Origin: an uncultured virus (IMG/VR IMGVR_UViG_3300022602_000059)
Taxonomy: Duplodnaviria; Heunggongvirae; Uroviricota; Caudoviricetes
Reading direction: 5' to 3' (one strand)
DNA length: 64,000 nucleotides
IMG/VR virus record: IMGVR_UViG_3300022602_000059
Positions 53,915 to 63,031 of the stretch are shown piece by piece; position 1 is the first letter of the stretch, and each line of letters opens with the position of its first letter. Made by a program: the position numbers and the translations under genes. The notes beneath the pieces are model-generated. The model was not told the origin of the DNA. It did not search any database and saw only the letters and a program-made list of their open reading frames with translations.

Positions 53915-56900
53915 AGCCCACCAAATACTAAGGTCAGCGCCGAGTAATCTGTAGGGTAAGAGCCTTGAATACCCTGGACGCCTTGCGTACCAGTCAAGCC
54001 CTGAGTACCAGTTGTTCCCTGTACTTGAATGCCTTGTGTACCTTGTACACCCTGCAATCCTTGAGTACCAAGTAATCCTTGAACGCCTTGGGTTCCTTGA
54101 ATGCCTTGGCTTCCAATTGTTCCCTGTGTTCCTACAAAACCCTGTGTTCCTGTGGCACCCTGTGTTCCTGTTGTGCCTTGCGAACCTGTAAGTCCTTGTA
54201 GACCCGTTAGTCCTTGAGTTCCTGTGGTTCCCTGAGTACCAGTTGTACCTTGTGTTCCTGTTGTACCCTGTGGACCAACAACGCCTTGAATACCGACAGC
54301 ACCATCAAGGTTGACTGACCAAGTAGCAAATGTTCCTGTACCAACGATGCGGTCGTTTGTAAATGTTAATGAACCAGTAGATGGTGTATAGGATGTAACT
54401 GTTCCGTAGACAATATGCGTTGCGTCGTAAGCAACCACAATGTTTTGGCCCGTGGAGTATTGATAATTTTGTGCAATGGTGATTGTTGTTGTTCCACCAG
54501 AGGTAAGAGTAAATGAGGTTGTAGAGGACGTGCTGTAGTGGTCACCCGCAACACCTTGCAGACCTTGAGTACCCTGAGGCCCCTGAATACCTTGTAGGCC
54601 CTGCGTGCCCTGTGTGCCTTGCGTACCAGTAGTACCTTGTGAACCTACAGCGCCTTGAGTTCCCGTGAAGCCTTGAGTTCCCGTCGTACCTTGGGTACCT
54701 GTAGTTCCTTGTGCGCCAGTAAATCCTTGAGTTCCCTGCAGACCCTGTAGACCTTGGATACCCGTAGTTCCTTGTGGGCCCTGAACTCCTTGGTTACCTT
54801 GAATGCCTTGCGTACCCTGAGGTCCTTGAACGCCCTGAACACCCTGTGTTCCTTGCGTTCCTGTAAGTCCTTGGGTACCCGTGATTCCTTGGCTTCCCGT
54901 AAATCCTTGTGTACCAGTTGCTCCCTGAGTTCCTACCGCACCTTGTGTACCAGTAAGTCCTTGAGTACCAGTAGTTCCCTGGATACCTGTGGTTCCTTGG
55001 TTACCTTGTACGCCTTGCGTACCTTGTACTTGGATACCTTGCGTTCCCTGAACACCTTGGGTGCCTTGAGTTCCCTGTGTGCCCGTTGTTCCCTGGGCAC
55101 CAGTAATTCCTTGAATACCGTTTGTACCTTGGTTGCCCTGAATACCTTGGGTTCCCTGAGGACCTTGTAGGCCCTGTGTTCCCTGCAATCCCTGTGTGCC
55201 TTGAATAGCATATGCAACTTGAGTTGCCGTAACAATAACGCCAGGGGTAATTGGAGTAGTAGGGGTTGTACCAGCGGCAATAGTCTCAATAGAAACTGCC
55301 GTAGTTTCCGCCTGCCACATAAACTGTATATAGTCATTATCAGCAAATGTGTAGACGTAGTTGACTGTTTCAATAATTTGACCATTAATTCCACCGTGTG
55401 ATTGTGGGATGGTCATTTGGCTATTAGAGTAAGGAACGTCTACACCATTTTTACGAAGCCAAAGATTGGCGTTGGCAATAGATGAGGACGTATTAACTAG
55501 CTGCACAGAGATAGTAATGCTATATGTACCCGCATGAGGAAATACAATCTCTGTGCCTGAGTCATTGTTGACACCAAATGCTTCATAGGTGTTGTTAATG
55601 CTCATTACATAAGCAGTAGTAGAGCTTGATACTGTCTGAGTAGTGGTGTCATAAAAAGAACCGTAGTAGCCACGAACGCCACCAGCACCCTGAGCACCTG
55701 TCGTACCTTGGGCACCTACACCAGAGGTTTCTGTAAAAATAATTGGGTCTGTGCCAATACGGATTGTTCCGTCTGGGTTAGAGCCGTTGCCAATTTCTAG
55801 CCATACGGTCTCACCATAAACAGTTCCGTCCGTTACAAAAATGTAGTCGCCTTCCTCTACTTGACCAGGGGTGTGGTTGTCGTAGTCAGTGGCACGAGTC
55901 AATGTCCACTTAGAGGAGGAAGAACCAGTAGCAGTAACGGTATAAACACCATTTTGAATGTTAGATGTCTGGCCAGCAACAAGGATGCGGTCTCCAACAG
56001 CAAGATAAGGTGTTGTATATCCGTCTACAGAAAGCGTTCCATTTGTTGTTGCTTGTAGATAAGCGCCAACTCCAGTGCCGTTTTCAGCATCCGCTGAGCC
56101 AGCGGTATACGCAGGTGAGTTAGGCAGTGCGCTTACAGAGATTGCTTCTACAGACTGGTGAGCGTTCTGTGAAGATACTGGGCCTTGAATACCCTGAAAA
56201 CCTTGTAATCCTTGAGAGCCTTGGGTTCCTTGAACACCTTGCGTTCCCTGAACGCCCTGAACTCCTTGAGTACCCTGTAGACCAGTTGTACCCTGGTTAC
56301 CTTGAACTCCCTGAGTACCTTGATTTCCTTGCACCCCTTGAGTTCCTTGGGCGCCCTGAATTCCTGTTGTACCTTGATTGCCTTGTATACCCTGAGTTCC
56401 TTGGTTGCCCTGGACTCCTTGAGTACCTTGTGTGCCTTGTGCACCAGTGATACCTTGAATGCCGTTAAATCCTTGGGTACCTGTCGTACCCTGCATGCCT
56501 GTTGTACCTTGGGTACCGTTATTGCCTTGTGTACCCTGTGGTCCTTGCAAACCTTGAATGCCCTGAGTACCCGTTGTACCTTGAGTTCCCGTAGTACCTT
56601 GCGCTCCAGTAGCGCCCTGTGAACCCGTGACACCTTGAGTTCCTTGAGAACCAGTCTGTCCTTGAATTCCTGTGGTGCCCTGTACGCCTTGTGAACCCGT
56701 TGTTCCTTGAGTTCCTTGTGGGCCTTGAATAATGCCAACGTTAACCCACGATGCGCCTTCCCATACATAAAGGTAAGGGTCGATAATATATCCATCGCCA
56801 TTATTACCTGTTGGGTGCGCTGCTTGTAAATCAGCAAGAGTGTTGTACGAACCAAGAATAACTACAGAGGTACCAGCGGTACCCTGAATGCTAATGCCCT

Positions 56901-57405
56901 GAATGCCTTGCACACCTTGTGTGCCCTGAGAGCCAGTGTTTCCTTGAGTACCTTGAGAACCTTGAAGGCCGTTAGTTCCTTGAACTCCCTGTACGCCCTG
57001 AGTTCCCTGCACACCTTGTGTTCCTTGTGTGCCAGTAGCGCCCTGAATACCAACAGTGCCTTGAGCGCCTGTTGTTCCCTGCGCTCCAGTAAGACCCTGA
57101 GTTCCAGTAGCCCCCTGAATGCCGACAGTGCCTTGAGCACCAGTATGCCCTTGCATACCATCAGTTCCCTGAGCGCCTGCCATTCCTTGGGCGCCAGTAA
57201 TTCCCTGTGTGCCTTGAGGACCCTGCAGTCCTTGAATACCCTGAATACCTGAAGCATAAGTAAGAGATATCCAGTTAGAAGAACCGTTACCAACCTTAAA
57301 CTTACCTGTATCTGTTTCTAGGCCAAGCTCACCGCTAGCTAAAGTAGGATTTGCAGAAGTCCAGTTGGCAGCTGTGTCGCGGCGAAGCTGAATTTGAATA
57401 GCCAT
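53911..57405 (-). CDS. collagen-like fibre protein with Mtd_N/hyaluronidase-type N-terminus
   Basis: IQLRRDTAANW..NP.L..GE.G.ETDTGK.KVG.G; several long Gly-X-Gln blocks. Confidence 0.85.
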   Translation of the reverse strand: MAIQIQLRRDTAANWTSANPTLASGELGLETDTGKFKVGNGSSNWISLTYASGIQGIQGLQGPQGTQGITGAQGMAGAQGTDGMQGHTGAQGTVGIQGATGTQGLTGAQGTTGAQGTVGIQGATGTQGTQGVQGTQGVQGVQGTNGLQGSQGTQGNTGSQGTQGVQGIQGISIQGTAGTSVVILGSYNTLADLQAAHPTGNNGDGYIIDPYLYVWEGASWVNVGIIQGPQGTQGTTGSQGVQGTTGIQGQTGSQGTQGVTGSQGATGAQGTTGTQGTTGTQGIQGLQGPQGTQGNNGTQGTTGMQGTTGTQGFNGIQGITGAQGTQGTQGVQGNQGTQGIQGNQGTTGIQGAQGTQGVQGNQGTQGVQGNQGTTGLQGTQGVQGVQGTQGVQGTQGSQGLQGFQGIQGPVSSQNAHQSVEAISVSALPNSPAYTAGSADAENGTGVGAYLQATTNGTLSVDGYTTPYLAVGDRILVAGQTSNIQNGVYTVTATGSSSSKWTLTRATDYDNHTPGQVEEGDYIFVTDGTVYGETVWLEIGNGSNPDGTIRIGTDPIIFTETSGVGAQGTTGAQGAGGVRGYYGSFYDTTTQTVSSSTTAYVMSINNTYEAFGVNNDSGTEIVFPHAGTYSITISVQLVNTSSSIANANLWLRKNGVDVPYSNSQMTIPQSHGGINGQIIETVNYVYTFADNDYIQFMWQAETTAVSIETIAAGTTPTTPITPGVIVTATQVAYAIQGTQGLQGTQGLQGPQGTQGIQGNQGTNGIQGITGAQGTTGTQGTQGTQGVQGTQGIQVQGTQGVQGNQGTTGIQGTTGTQGLTGTQGAVGTQGATGTQGFTGSQGITGTQGLTGTQGTQGVQGVQGPQGTQGIQGNQGVQGPQGTTGIQGLQGLQGTQGFTGAQGTTGTQGTTGTQGFTGTQGAVGSQGTTGTQGTQGTQGLQGIQGPQGTQGLQGVAGDHYSTSSTTSFTLTSGGTTTITIAQNYQYSTGQNIVVAYDATHIVYGTVTSYTPSTGSLTFTNDRIVGTGTFATWSVNLDGAVGIQGVVGPQGTTGTQGTTGTQGTTGTQGLTGLQGLTGSQGTTGTQGATGTQGFVGTQGTIGSQGIQGTQGVQGLLGTQGLQGVQGTQGIQVQGTTGTQGLTGTQGVQGIQGSYPTDYSALTLVFGGL
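53959..57250 (-). repeat. coding 9/18-bp degenerate tandem repeats (Gly-X-Gln collagen triplets), interrupted by globular domains
   Basis: recurrent ccttg/ccctg-xx-acc units; GTQG[ITVL]Q in translation. Confidence 0.9.
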
Positions 57406-57420
57406 TAGGTTATTTTATCC

Positions 57421-57651
57421 TCATCCCGTCGCTGTGCCAGCATTAATAGAAGTAATGCCGCCGTAGTTAGAGGTAGCATTTCCCCCATCAAGGTCAGCTA
57501 AAGTTGTACTTGATTGTGCAGTCCAGTTAGTTCCATCAAATGTCTTAATAGCATTTAATGTTGTGCTGTAGTAAGCGTCTCCAGCTTCAGTACCAGCAGG
57601 GTCACTAGCTAAAGCTAGCAACCCTATAGGTACAACAAACTTACGAGACAT
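57421..57651 (-). CDS. small fibre-associated structural protein
   Basis: LASDP...AGD.YY.T...K.FDG..W; DGG. Confidence 0.7.
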   Translation of the reverse strand: MSRKFVVPIGLLALASDPAGTEAGDAYYSTTLNAIKTFDGTNWTAQSSTTLADLDGGNATSNYGGITSINAGTATG

Positions 57652-57665
57652 TACTCGCTCCTAGA

Positions 57666-58964
57666 TTAAGCGTGTACTACAACGCGATAAGCGTTTGAAG
57701 ACGGCGCAACTGCAAAGCTAATTGTTACCGTGTTAGAGGTGGCATAAACCACATCTGTAACAACTTCAGCGTTTGTAGAGGCATCATACACAATAGCGAT
57801 AGCGCTCTGTGTTCCTAGGTTATGTGTAACGGTATAGCTTGTGCTTGAGCCGTCACCAATAAGAGTTGTGTACTTTTCTACAACCTTGCTGGTGTCTACT
57901 ACAAGTTGTGAGCCAGAAACTGTAAGGCCAGAACCGTAGTTAGCTGAGATTGCGCCACCAGAGATGGTGATTCCGTTACCAGCTGTGTACTCTCCAGCAG
58001 CAGAGAACTGTGTCCAGGTAGAAGCTCCACCTGAGTAAGCGGTGATAACCCAACCTTGTGCGGCGTTGGTACCTTCTTCTACGAATACGAACGAGCCTTC
58101 TTTAAGGTTCGTGTCTTCTGCGTTAGTAGACGCAACAAGTAAGCTAGATGTAGAGTTATAGATATAGATACCGTTTTGAGTAGCGGTAGTCTGGTTCTTA
58201 ACCAACACGCGGTCGTTGTTAGCAAGGGTTACGCCGTTAAGAGTTGTAAGAGTAGAGGCTAAGTTAAGGTTAGTGTTGGTATCTGTGCGAACAGACTCAA
58301 GTACTGAAAGCCCCTCTGCTGTTGCATCAACATACGCCTTAGTAGCGATAACGGAGGTGTTGACAGAAAGAACACCAGAGCCGTTAATATTAAGGCTGCT
58401 ATCAGTTGAAAGGATTCCAGCGTTAGTTCCTTGGATACCTTGTAGGCCCTGGATTCCCTGTGTACCTTGAGTACCCTGAGTACCTTGAGCACCAGTGATG
58501 CCTTGAATACCCTGTGTTCCTTGGGAACCAGTGATGCCTTGAATGCCTTGGGTGCCTTGGGTTCCTTGTGAACCAGTTAGGCCTTGGACACCTTGCGTGC
58601 CTTGGGTACCCTGAGTACCTTGCGTTCCCTGAGTTCCTTGAACTCCTTGGATACCTTGAGTACCCTGAATGCCTTGTGTGCCTTGCACACCTTGAGTACC
58701 TTGTGTTCCTTGAAGTCCTTGTGTGCCTTGAACTCCTTGCGTACCTTGCACGCCCTGAGTTCCTTGCGTACCTTGAGCACCATTTGCACCAATAGATGCG
58801 TTAAGCCATTCGGTACCATCCCATGTGCGAAGATATCCAAGTGTTGTATCAAAGTAGATTTGACCTTTGACTGGGCTTGAAGGAGCAGTTGCCAAGTTTT
58901 GAATAGCGGCATTCTGGAGCTCAAGCTGGCTCAGGTTTATTGGGGTTAAGTACTTACGTGCCAT
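57666..58964 (-). CDS. collagen-like fibre protein
   Basis: P.KGQIYF, GTQG repeat block, ATK.YVD, DRVLVKNQ...QNGIY, THNLG. Confidence 0.85.
   Translation of the reverse strand: MARKYLTPINLSQLELQNAAIQNLATAPSSPVKGQIYFDTTLGYLRTWDGTEWLNASIGANGAQGTQGTQGVQGTQGVQGTQGLQGTQGTQGVQGTQGIQGTQGIQGVQGTQGTQGTQGTQGTQGVQGLTGSQGTQGTQGIQGITGSQGTQGIQGITGAQGTQGTQGTQGIQGLQGIQGTNAGILSTDSSLNINGSGVLSVNTSVIATKAYVDATAEGLSVLESVRTDTNTNLNLASTLTTLNGVTLANNDRVLVKNQTTATQNGIYIYNSTSSLLVASTNAEDTNLKEGSFVFVEEGTNAAQGWVITAYSGGASTWTQFSAAGEYTAGNGITISGGAISANYGSGLTVSGSQLVVDTSKVVEKYTTLIGDGSSTSYTVTHNLGTQSAIAIVYDASTNAEVVTDVVYATSNTVTISFAVAPSSNAYRVVVHA
58425..58790 (-). repeat. coding Gly-X-Gln tandem repeats
   Basis: GTQG[VIT]Q array. Confidence 0.9.
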
Positions 58965-58976
58965 TAAACTATCTCC

Positions 58977-59357
58977 TTAAGATAGGTATGCGTCTCCGCT
59001 AAAAGCTGCTGAAAATGTGACCGTAAGTTGATTCGTATTAGTGTACGTGATTTCGCCTTCAACTATGGTACCAGCAGAATCTTGAACTGTAACGTTAGGG
59101 TTATACCCTAAATTGTGGATTATTGTCCAGCTAGATGATGAGGTGGCTTGGTGATACTGGTAAGACAGGTTGCCAGCAACCCCAGAGGTTCCCTGAAGGC
59201 CTTGAGGGCCTTGAAGTCCGAGTGGTCCCTGTACGCCTTGTAGGCCTCGGGCTCCACCCTGCTCGGGGGTGACGTGAACAACAATCGGGGTTTGTGGGGT
59301 TACCGTAACCCCGCATACGCAGGGGTGGCAGTTACAAGATGAACAGTTAGTAGTCAA
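58977..59357 (-). CDS. short collagen-containing structural protein
   Basis: GLQGVQGP; W.I.HNLG..P.V...F...FSG.AYL; Cys-rich N-terminus. Confidence 0.75.
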   Translation of the reverse strand: MTTNCSSCNCHPCVCGVTVTPQTPIVVHVTPEQGGARGLQGVQGPLGLQGPQGLQGTSGVAGNLSYQYHQATSSSSWTIIHNLGYNPNVTVQDSAGTIVEGEITYTNTNQLTVTFSAAFSGDAYLS

Positions 59358-59360
59358 GGT

Positions 59361-60449
59361 CTACCAACTTCCGTCCATCGCTCCAGATGAGTCTGTGACT
59401 CCTTGGGTCGTAAACACTTGACCCTTAATGTAGGTCTGAGCATAGGTTGAGTCAGTAGTGCTGGTAGCTCGAAGGTCCCAGAATCCACGTGGTGGAAGAT
59501 AAGCTGTGTCAGCAACTTCAAGTGATAGTTGGATAGTACTCAAACTACTAGATGCAGAGACGACGGTAACTTCAAAGTTAGCGTAAATAGAAGGTGCGTT
59601 TGGATATGTGCGAATCTGTGCCGCAAACTCCAAGCCCGTGATATCAAAGGGGAAGTCAAATGTAGCTGAGTAGCTGTTGCCCTGATAGAGGACAATGTCG
59701 TAGGTCTGAGCATACGACGGAAATGTGTTGCGACCAGTAAGGTCATTTTGAATATAGACGCGCTCTGGGATACGAGAATCGTCCACCTCTTGGCCCATGT
59801 AGATTGGCACGTACTTGTTGGTAGTACGGGATGTACGGATGAGTGTGCCCATCTCAATTCGCCAAAGGCCGATGTTAAGTTGCGAGCAAAGCATACGATA
59901 TTGGTTCCAACGCTCAGCAATGATTTCAGTAATCTGGCGATAGCGCTGTGCACGTGGGATGGTTACGCCGTCTGGGGCAGAAATATCAATATCAAAAGAA
60001 GCGTCAGTAGCCAGCGCCCACAGGCCTTCGATAGAGGCAAGGATGGCAACTGGGTATTCTTCTACAGCTGAAATGCTGGCAAGAGTTACGGCAGAGCCAA
60101 AAGAATCTGTGCGGTTGTATGTGTGCTGGTTCACAGCGTCGTTAATGAACTCAGTAAGTTCAGAATCTAGGAAGTAGCGGTCAACCATGCCTGTGACCAC
60201 AATAGCTGCGCTAGTGGCTGGAGCGGTGACAAAGGTAAGGATGCCTGTGCTCTGCTCAATTGTGTAGCCAGATGGGTAGGCTATAGGAGAACCTGCGACA
60301 GTAACAAGAAGGTTAGTAAGTTCAACAGGCTTATAGTCAGTCTCAAATACTTTAGTTGCGCCGTCGCCTGTGGCATTAAAGGTGAATTGCTTCTGAGCGT
60401 CACCTAGCTCTAGTCGAACTCTAGAGAGCAAATCAGACAGAACAGCCAC
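59361..60449 (-). CDS. head-tail adaptor/neck protein
   Basis: L..VR.ELGD, YF.D.EL, DI..PDG..IPR.QRY; follows capsid genes. Confidence 0.65.
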   Translation of the reverse strand: MAVLSDLLSRVRLELGDAQKQFTFNATGDGATKVFETDYKPVELTNLLVTVAGSPIAYPSGYTIEQSTGILTFVTAPATSAAIVVTGMVDRYFLDSELTEFINDAVNQHTYNRTDSFGSAVTLASISAVEEYPVAILASIEGLWALATDASFDIDISAPDGVTIPRAQRYRQITEIIAERWNQYRMLCSQLNIGLWRIEMGTLIRTSRTTNKYVPIYMGQEVDDSRIPERVYIQNDLTGRNTFPSYAQTYDIVLYQGNSYSATFDFPFDITGLEFAAQIRTYPNAPSIYANFEVTVVSASSSLSTIQLSLEVADTAYLPPRGFWDLRATSTTDSTYAQTYIKGQVFTTQGVTDSSGAMDGSW

Positions 60450-60515
60450 ATGAACTCCCTACATAAGACGCCTACACAATGATGGCGTTAATCCTTTAAA
60501 AAATCAGCGCAAACG

Positions 60516-60541
60516 AAAAAGCGGACTCCGCAGAGCCCGCT
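60516..60541 (-). terminator. intrinsic terminator
   Basis: agcgggctc-tgcg-gagtccgct followed by T run. Confidence 0.8.
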
Positions 60542-60560
60542 CAATCGCCTAAGGTTTGCC

Positions 60561-60923
60561 TTAGATAACGCCTGCTAGATAACCTTTTTCTTTAAGGTGC
60601 TCTGCAACATGCTTGGTAACCTTGTACTTCTGTCCAGCCTTGAAGCTATAGTTGTTACCCTTACCAAGAGTCATATTCTCAATGTTCTCTACGGTGCGGA
60701 TTTCAACCATCTCATCATCAGCCTTACCGACTGTGGTTACATTGTCGACAATTACTGTTGGGCGGTTAGGGACAGTAGCATCGATTACTTCATCAAGTTG
60801 GGCGCTTGCCTTGGCTGTGGCCAATGACATTTCGCCAGCGCGTTGATTCTGCTCTTCGGCAAACTGTTCAGCGAGAGCTTCTCTCGTACGTCCAGTTACA
60901 TCTGTGGGCTTTGCTTTTGCCAT
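60561..60923 (-). CDS. capsid-associated hypothetical protein
   Basis: ATG 60923 after GGAG; F.AG.KY.V...VA.HL..KG. Confidence 0.7.
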   Translation of the reverse strand: MAKAKPTDVTGRTREALAEQFAEEQNQRAGEMSLATAKASAQLDEVIDATVPNRPTVIVDNVTTVGKADDEMVEIRTVENIENMTLGKGNNYSFKAGQKYKVTKHVAEHLKEKGYLAGVI

Positions 60924-60957
60924 AATAGTGTTCTCCAATTTAATGACTCGGTTAGAT

Positions 60958-60984
60958 AAGGCGGGGACCTAAGCCCCCGCCCTT
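60958..60984 (-). terminator. hairpin/weak terminator after the capsid gene
   Basis: ggcgggg/ccccgcc stem. Confidence 0.6.
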
Positions 60985-61003
60985 TAAGCTATTTAGTTTT
61001 TGA

Positions 61004-62077
61004 TTAGTTTGTTTCCGCAAGTACTACGCTTTGGTCAGTAATCAATCCAAGACCGAAGATTGAGTACCAAGCAAGCGCGTGCTCACGACCGAAGTCCAAG
61101 ATACCGCCATCGCGGAGTTCGACTGGGAGTGAGATTGCGTGACCGAATGCGTTATCTCCAATGAAGATAGCTGAATAGCGGTCAGAACCACCGTTACCTG
61201 TTAGGGTGTTAGGAGTTGTGTAGCCTCCACCAGGTGTGATAACTGGGTTAGCAACTGTTGAATCAGCTGAGTAGCCAGAACCAGCACCACCAGGAACGTG
61301 GAGAACCTGGGTTGTTTCGATGAATACAACGTCGTACAAACGACCGATTTCACCGAGCATGAAGTTTCCTGGAGCAGCGTACTTGGTAACTTCGATGAAC
61401 TCAGGGTTGTCGCGAAGTGTACGGCTCTGGTGTGGGTGAACGAAGCAGACGTAGGTCTCGCCCAACCGAGGGATGTTCTTGGTGCTCAAGGTCTCAACAA
61501 CGTCCTTGACAACGTGTGGTGTCAAGTATGAAGAGCCTGTCATTGAAGCACGAGAAGTAGCGAATGTGCCGTAGCCGTACCAGTTGTTAACAGCTGATGA
61601 GACTGAAGAGCGGTCTTCGCCGTAAAGGGTAGAAGAAGCTGCGTACAAGGTATCGCGTGACAATTGGTCAAGGTAGATAGCCATGTTGCGGCCGAGAAGA
61701 CGTGAAGCAGAAGCCATAACGTCATCGAATGAAGCGTTAAGCAAGAGCTCTGAAACTGCAAGAGCATAACCATGCTCAGTTACAGTGATTGAGAACTGCT
61801 GTGCGGTCAACGCGTTGGTCTGCATACGAACACCTTCGACGAGCGGTGAGGCAAAGCCGAGGTTGTTGTAACGCATGAAGTTGATTTGAAGACCAGGTGC
61901 AACACCGAGTTCGGTCTTCTTTACTGCAAATTGCTCAAAGCGAAGGATTGGCATAGCTTGGAACAAGATTTCCTTGGACCAAATCTGCTGAATCGCTTGG
62001 GTGAGCTGGGTGTTTGTACCCGAGTAAGCGGTAGGTGACGCGGCAAGATTGCCAGTACCTGTAATACCTGATGCCAT
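61004..62077 (-). CDS. major capsid protein (HK97 fold, N4-gp56-like)
   Basis: F.QFA...G..I.F.RY..L...L.EG, HP.....R, GEIG....V.F.ET, DFGR..W. Confidence 0.92.
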   Translation of the reverse strand: MASGITGTGNLAASPTAYSGTNTQLTQAIQQIWSKEILFQAMPILRFEQFAVKKTELGVAPGLQINFMRYNNLGFASPLVEGVRMQTNALTAQQFSITVTEHGYALAVSELLLNASFDDVMASASRLLGRNMAIYLDQLSRDTLYAASSTLYGEDRSSVSSAVNNWYGYGTFATSRASMTGSSYLTPHVVKDVVETLSTKNIPRLGETYVCFVHPHQSRTLRDNPEFIEVTKYAAPGNFMLGEIGRLYDVVFIETTQVLHVPGGAGSGYSADSTVANPVITPGGGYTTPNTLTGNGGSDRYSAIFIGDNAFGHAISLPVELRDGGILDFGREHALAWYSIFGLGLITDQSVVLAETN

Positions 62078-62118
62078 TAGATATGACTCCTATTTAGATA
62101 GTTGGATGGAATTTAGGT

Positions 62119-62910
62119 TTAACCGAACAATCCCGACGATTTGCCTTGAGCCTTATCGCTCAGTAGGCGGCTTCTGTATTTTGCGTATTCGTTCATAGGC
62201 ATGGCCGCGATTTCATCGGCCGTGAACTGACGTTGCTCCGAATTAGTTTCCAGTGGTCCAGCGGGTGGCAAGGTTGCCCTTGTCCCTGTCATGTCTCTGC
62301 GAGCTGCTGTCATAGCCTGCTGTGCAGATTCAAGAATTTTTGCGGAGCGCTCTTGCAAACCAGCAATGCTGGAGTCGAGCTCTTCGCGGGTATTTCCGCT
62401 AACTAGGTCTAACAGTTCTGGGATGATGTTGTCCCGTTCCTGGTCAAGTCGCTGTTGGCGGTAAGCTTGCAAATCAGCAAAAGCTTTTTCTTGTTCCAGA
62501 AGAGCGATGGCGCGTTCGCGTTCTTGACGCTCACGCTCCAACTGTTCTTTCCACTCTTGCTCTTTGAGCTTGAGTAGGTCTTTAGCGCTAAGTTCATCTT
62601 CTTGCTGCGCCTTAGTCTTAGCTAAGTTCTCAGCTTCTTGTTGAGCCTTGCGTGCGGCCTTCTCTTCTCGTTCCTTCTTGAGCTCTGAGACTTCCGCCTT
62701 TAAGCTTTCAAGTTCAGGATAGAGCTTGTTCTTTTCCTGTGCACGGACTTTGGCCAAGTCTTCTTCAGTGTAAAACTTATTTGACTTGGTAGTAGGTGCT
62801 TGCTCCGTAGTATTAACAGTAGGTGCGTCAACACCAGTTACGTTTACTACTGGAACGGTATTGGCTTCAGATGCAAACGCATCAGCCATTACTTCTGCTG
62901 TTTCTGACAT
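62119..62910 (-). CDS. capsid scaffolding protein
   Basis: charged coiled coil, YTEEDL..R..EK.KLY, I..M...EY...R..L; ATG 62910 after AAGGA. Confidence 0.85.
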   Translation of the reverse strand: MSETAEVMADAFASEANTVPVVNVTGVDAPTVNTTEQAPTTKSNKFYTEEDLAKVRAQEKNKLYPELESLKAEVSELKKEREEKAARKAQQEAENLAKTKAQQEDELSAKDLLKLKEQEWKEQLERERQERERAIALLEQEKAFADLQAYRQQRLDQERDNIIPELLDLVSGNTREELDSSIAGLQERSAKILESAQQAMTAARRDMTGTRATLPPAGPLETNSEQRQFTADEIAAMPMNEYAKYRSRLLSDKAQGKSSGLFG

Positions 62911-63031
62911 AGTTATGTCCTTATCCTCTGGGTCGTTTTCCAAGTAGGCCTAAGCCTGTATCACATATGACCAAACGTTGTTTGTATGTTTAATTTTGCC
63001 CTACGTAGGAAGAAATACAGCCTAAACTGCT

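Noticed and set aside
57280..57405. Mtd N-terminal domain suggesting a diversity-generating retroelement
   Set aside because: No reverse transcriptase, no TR/VR pair and no C-type lectin end visible in the window
53959..58790. Tandem repeats resembling a CRISPR array or satellite
   Set aside because: They are in-frame Gly-X-Gln codon repeats with synonymous variation and no repeat-spacer structure
54645..58924. Many alternative-frame and antisense ORFs of 60-235 aa in the collagen genes
   Set aside because: Shadows of the 9-bp periodic coding sequence; no RBS or independent signal
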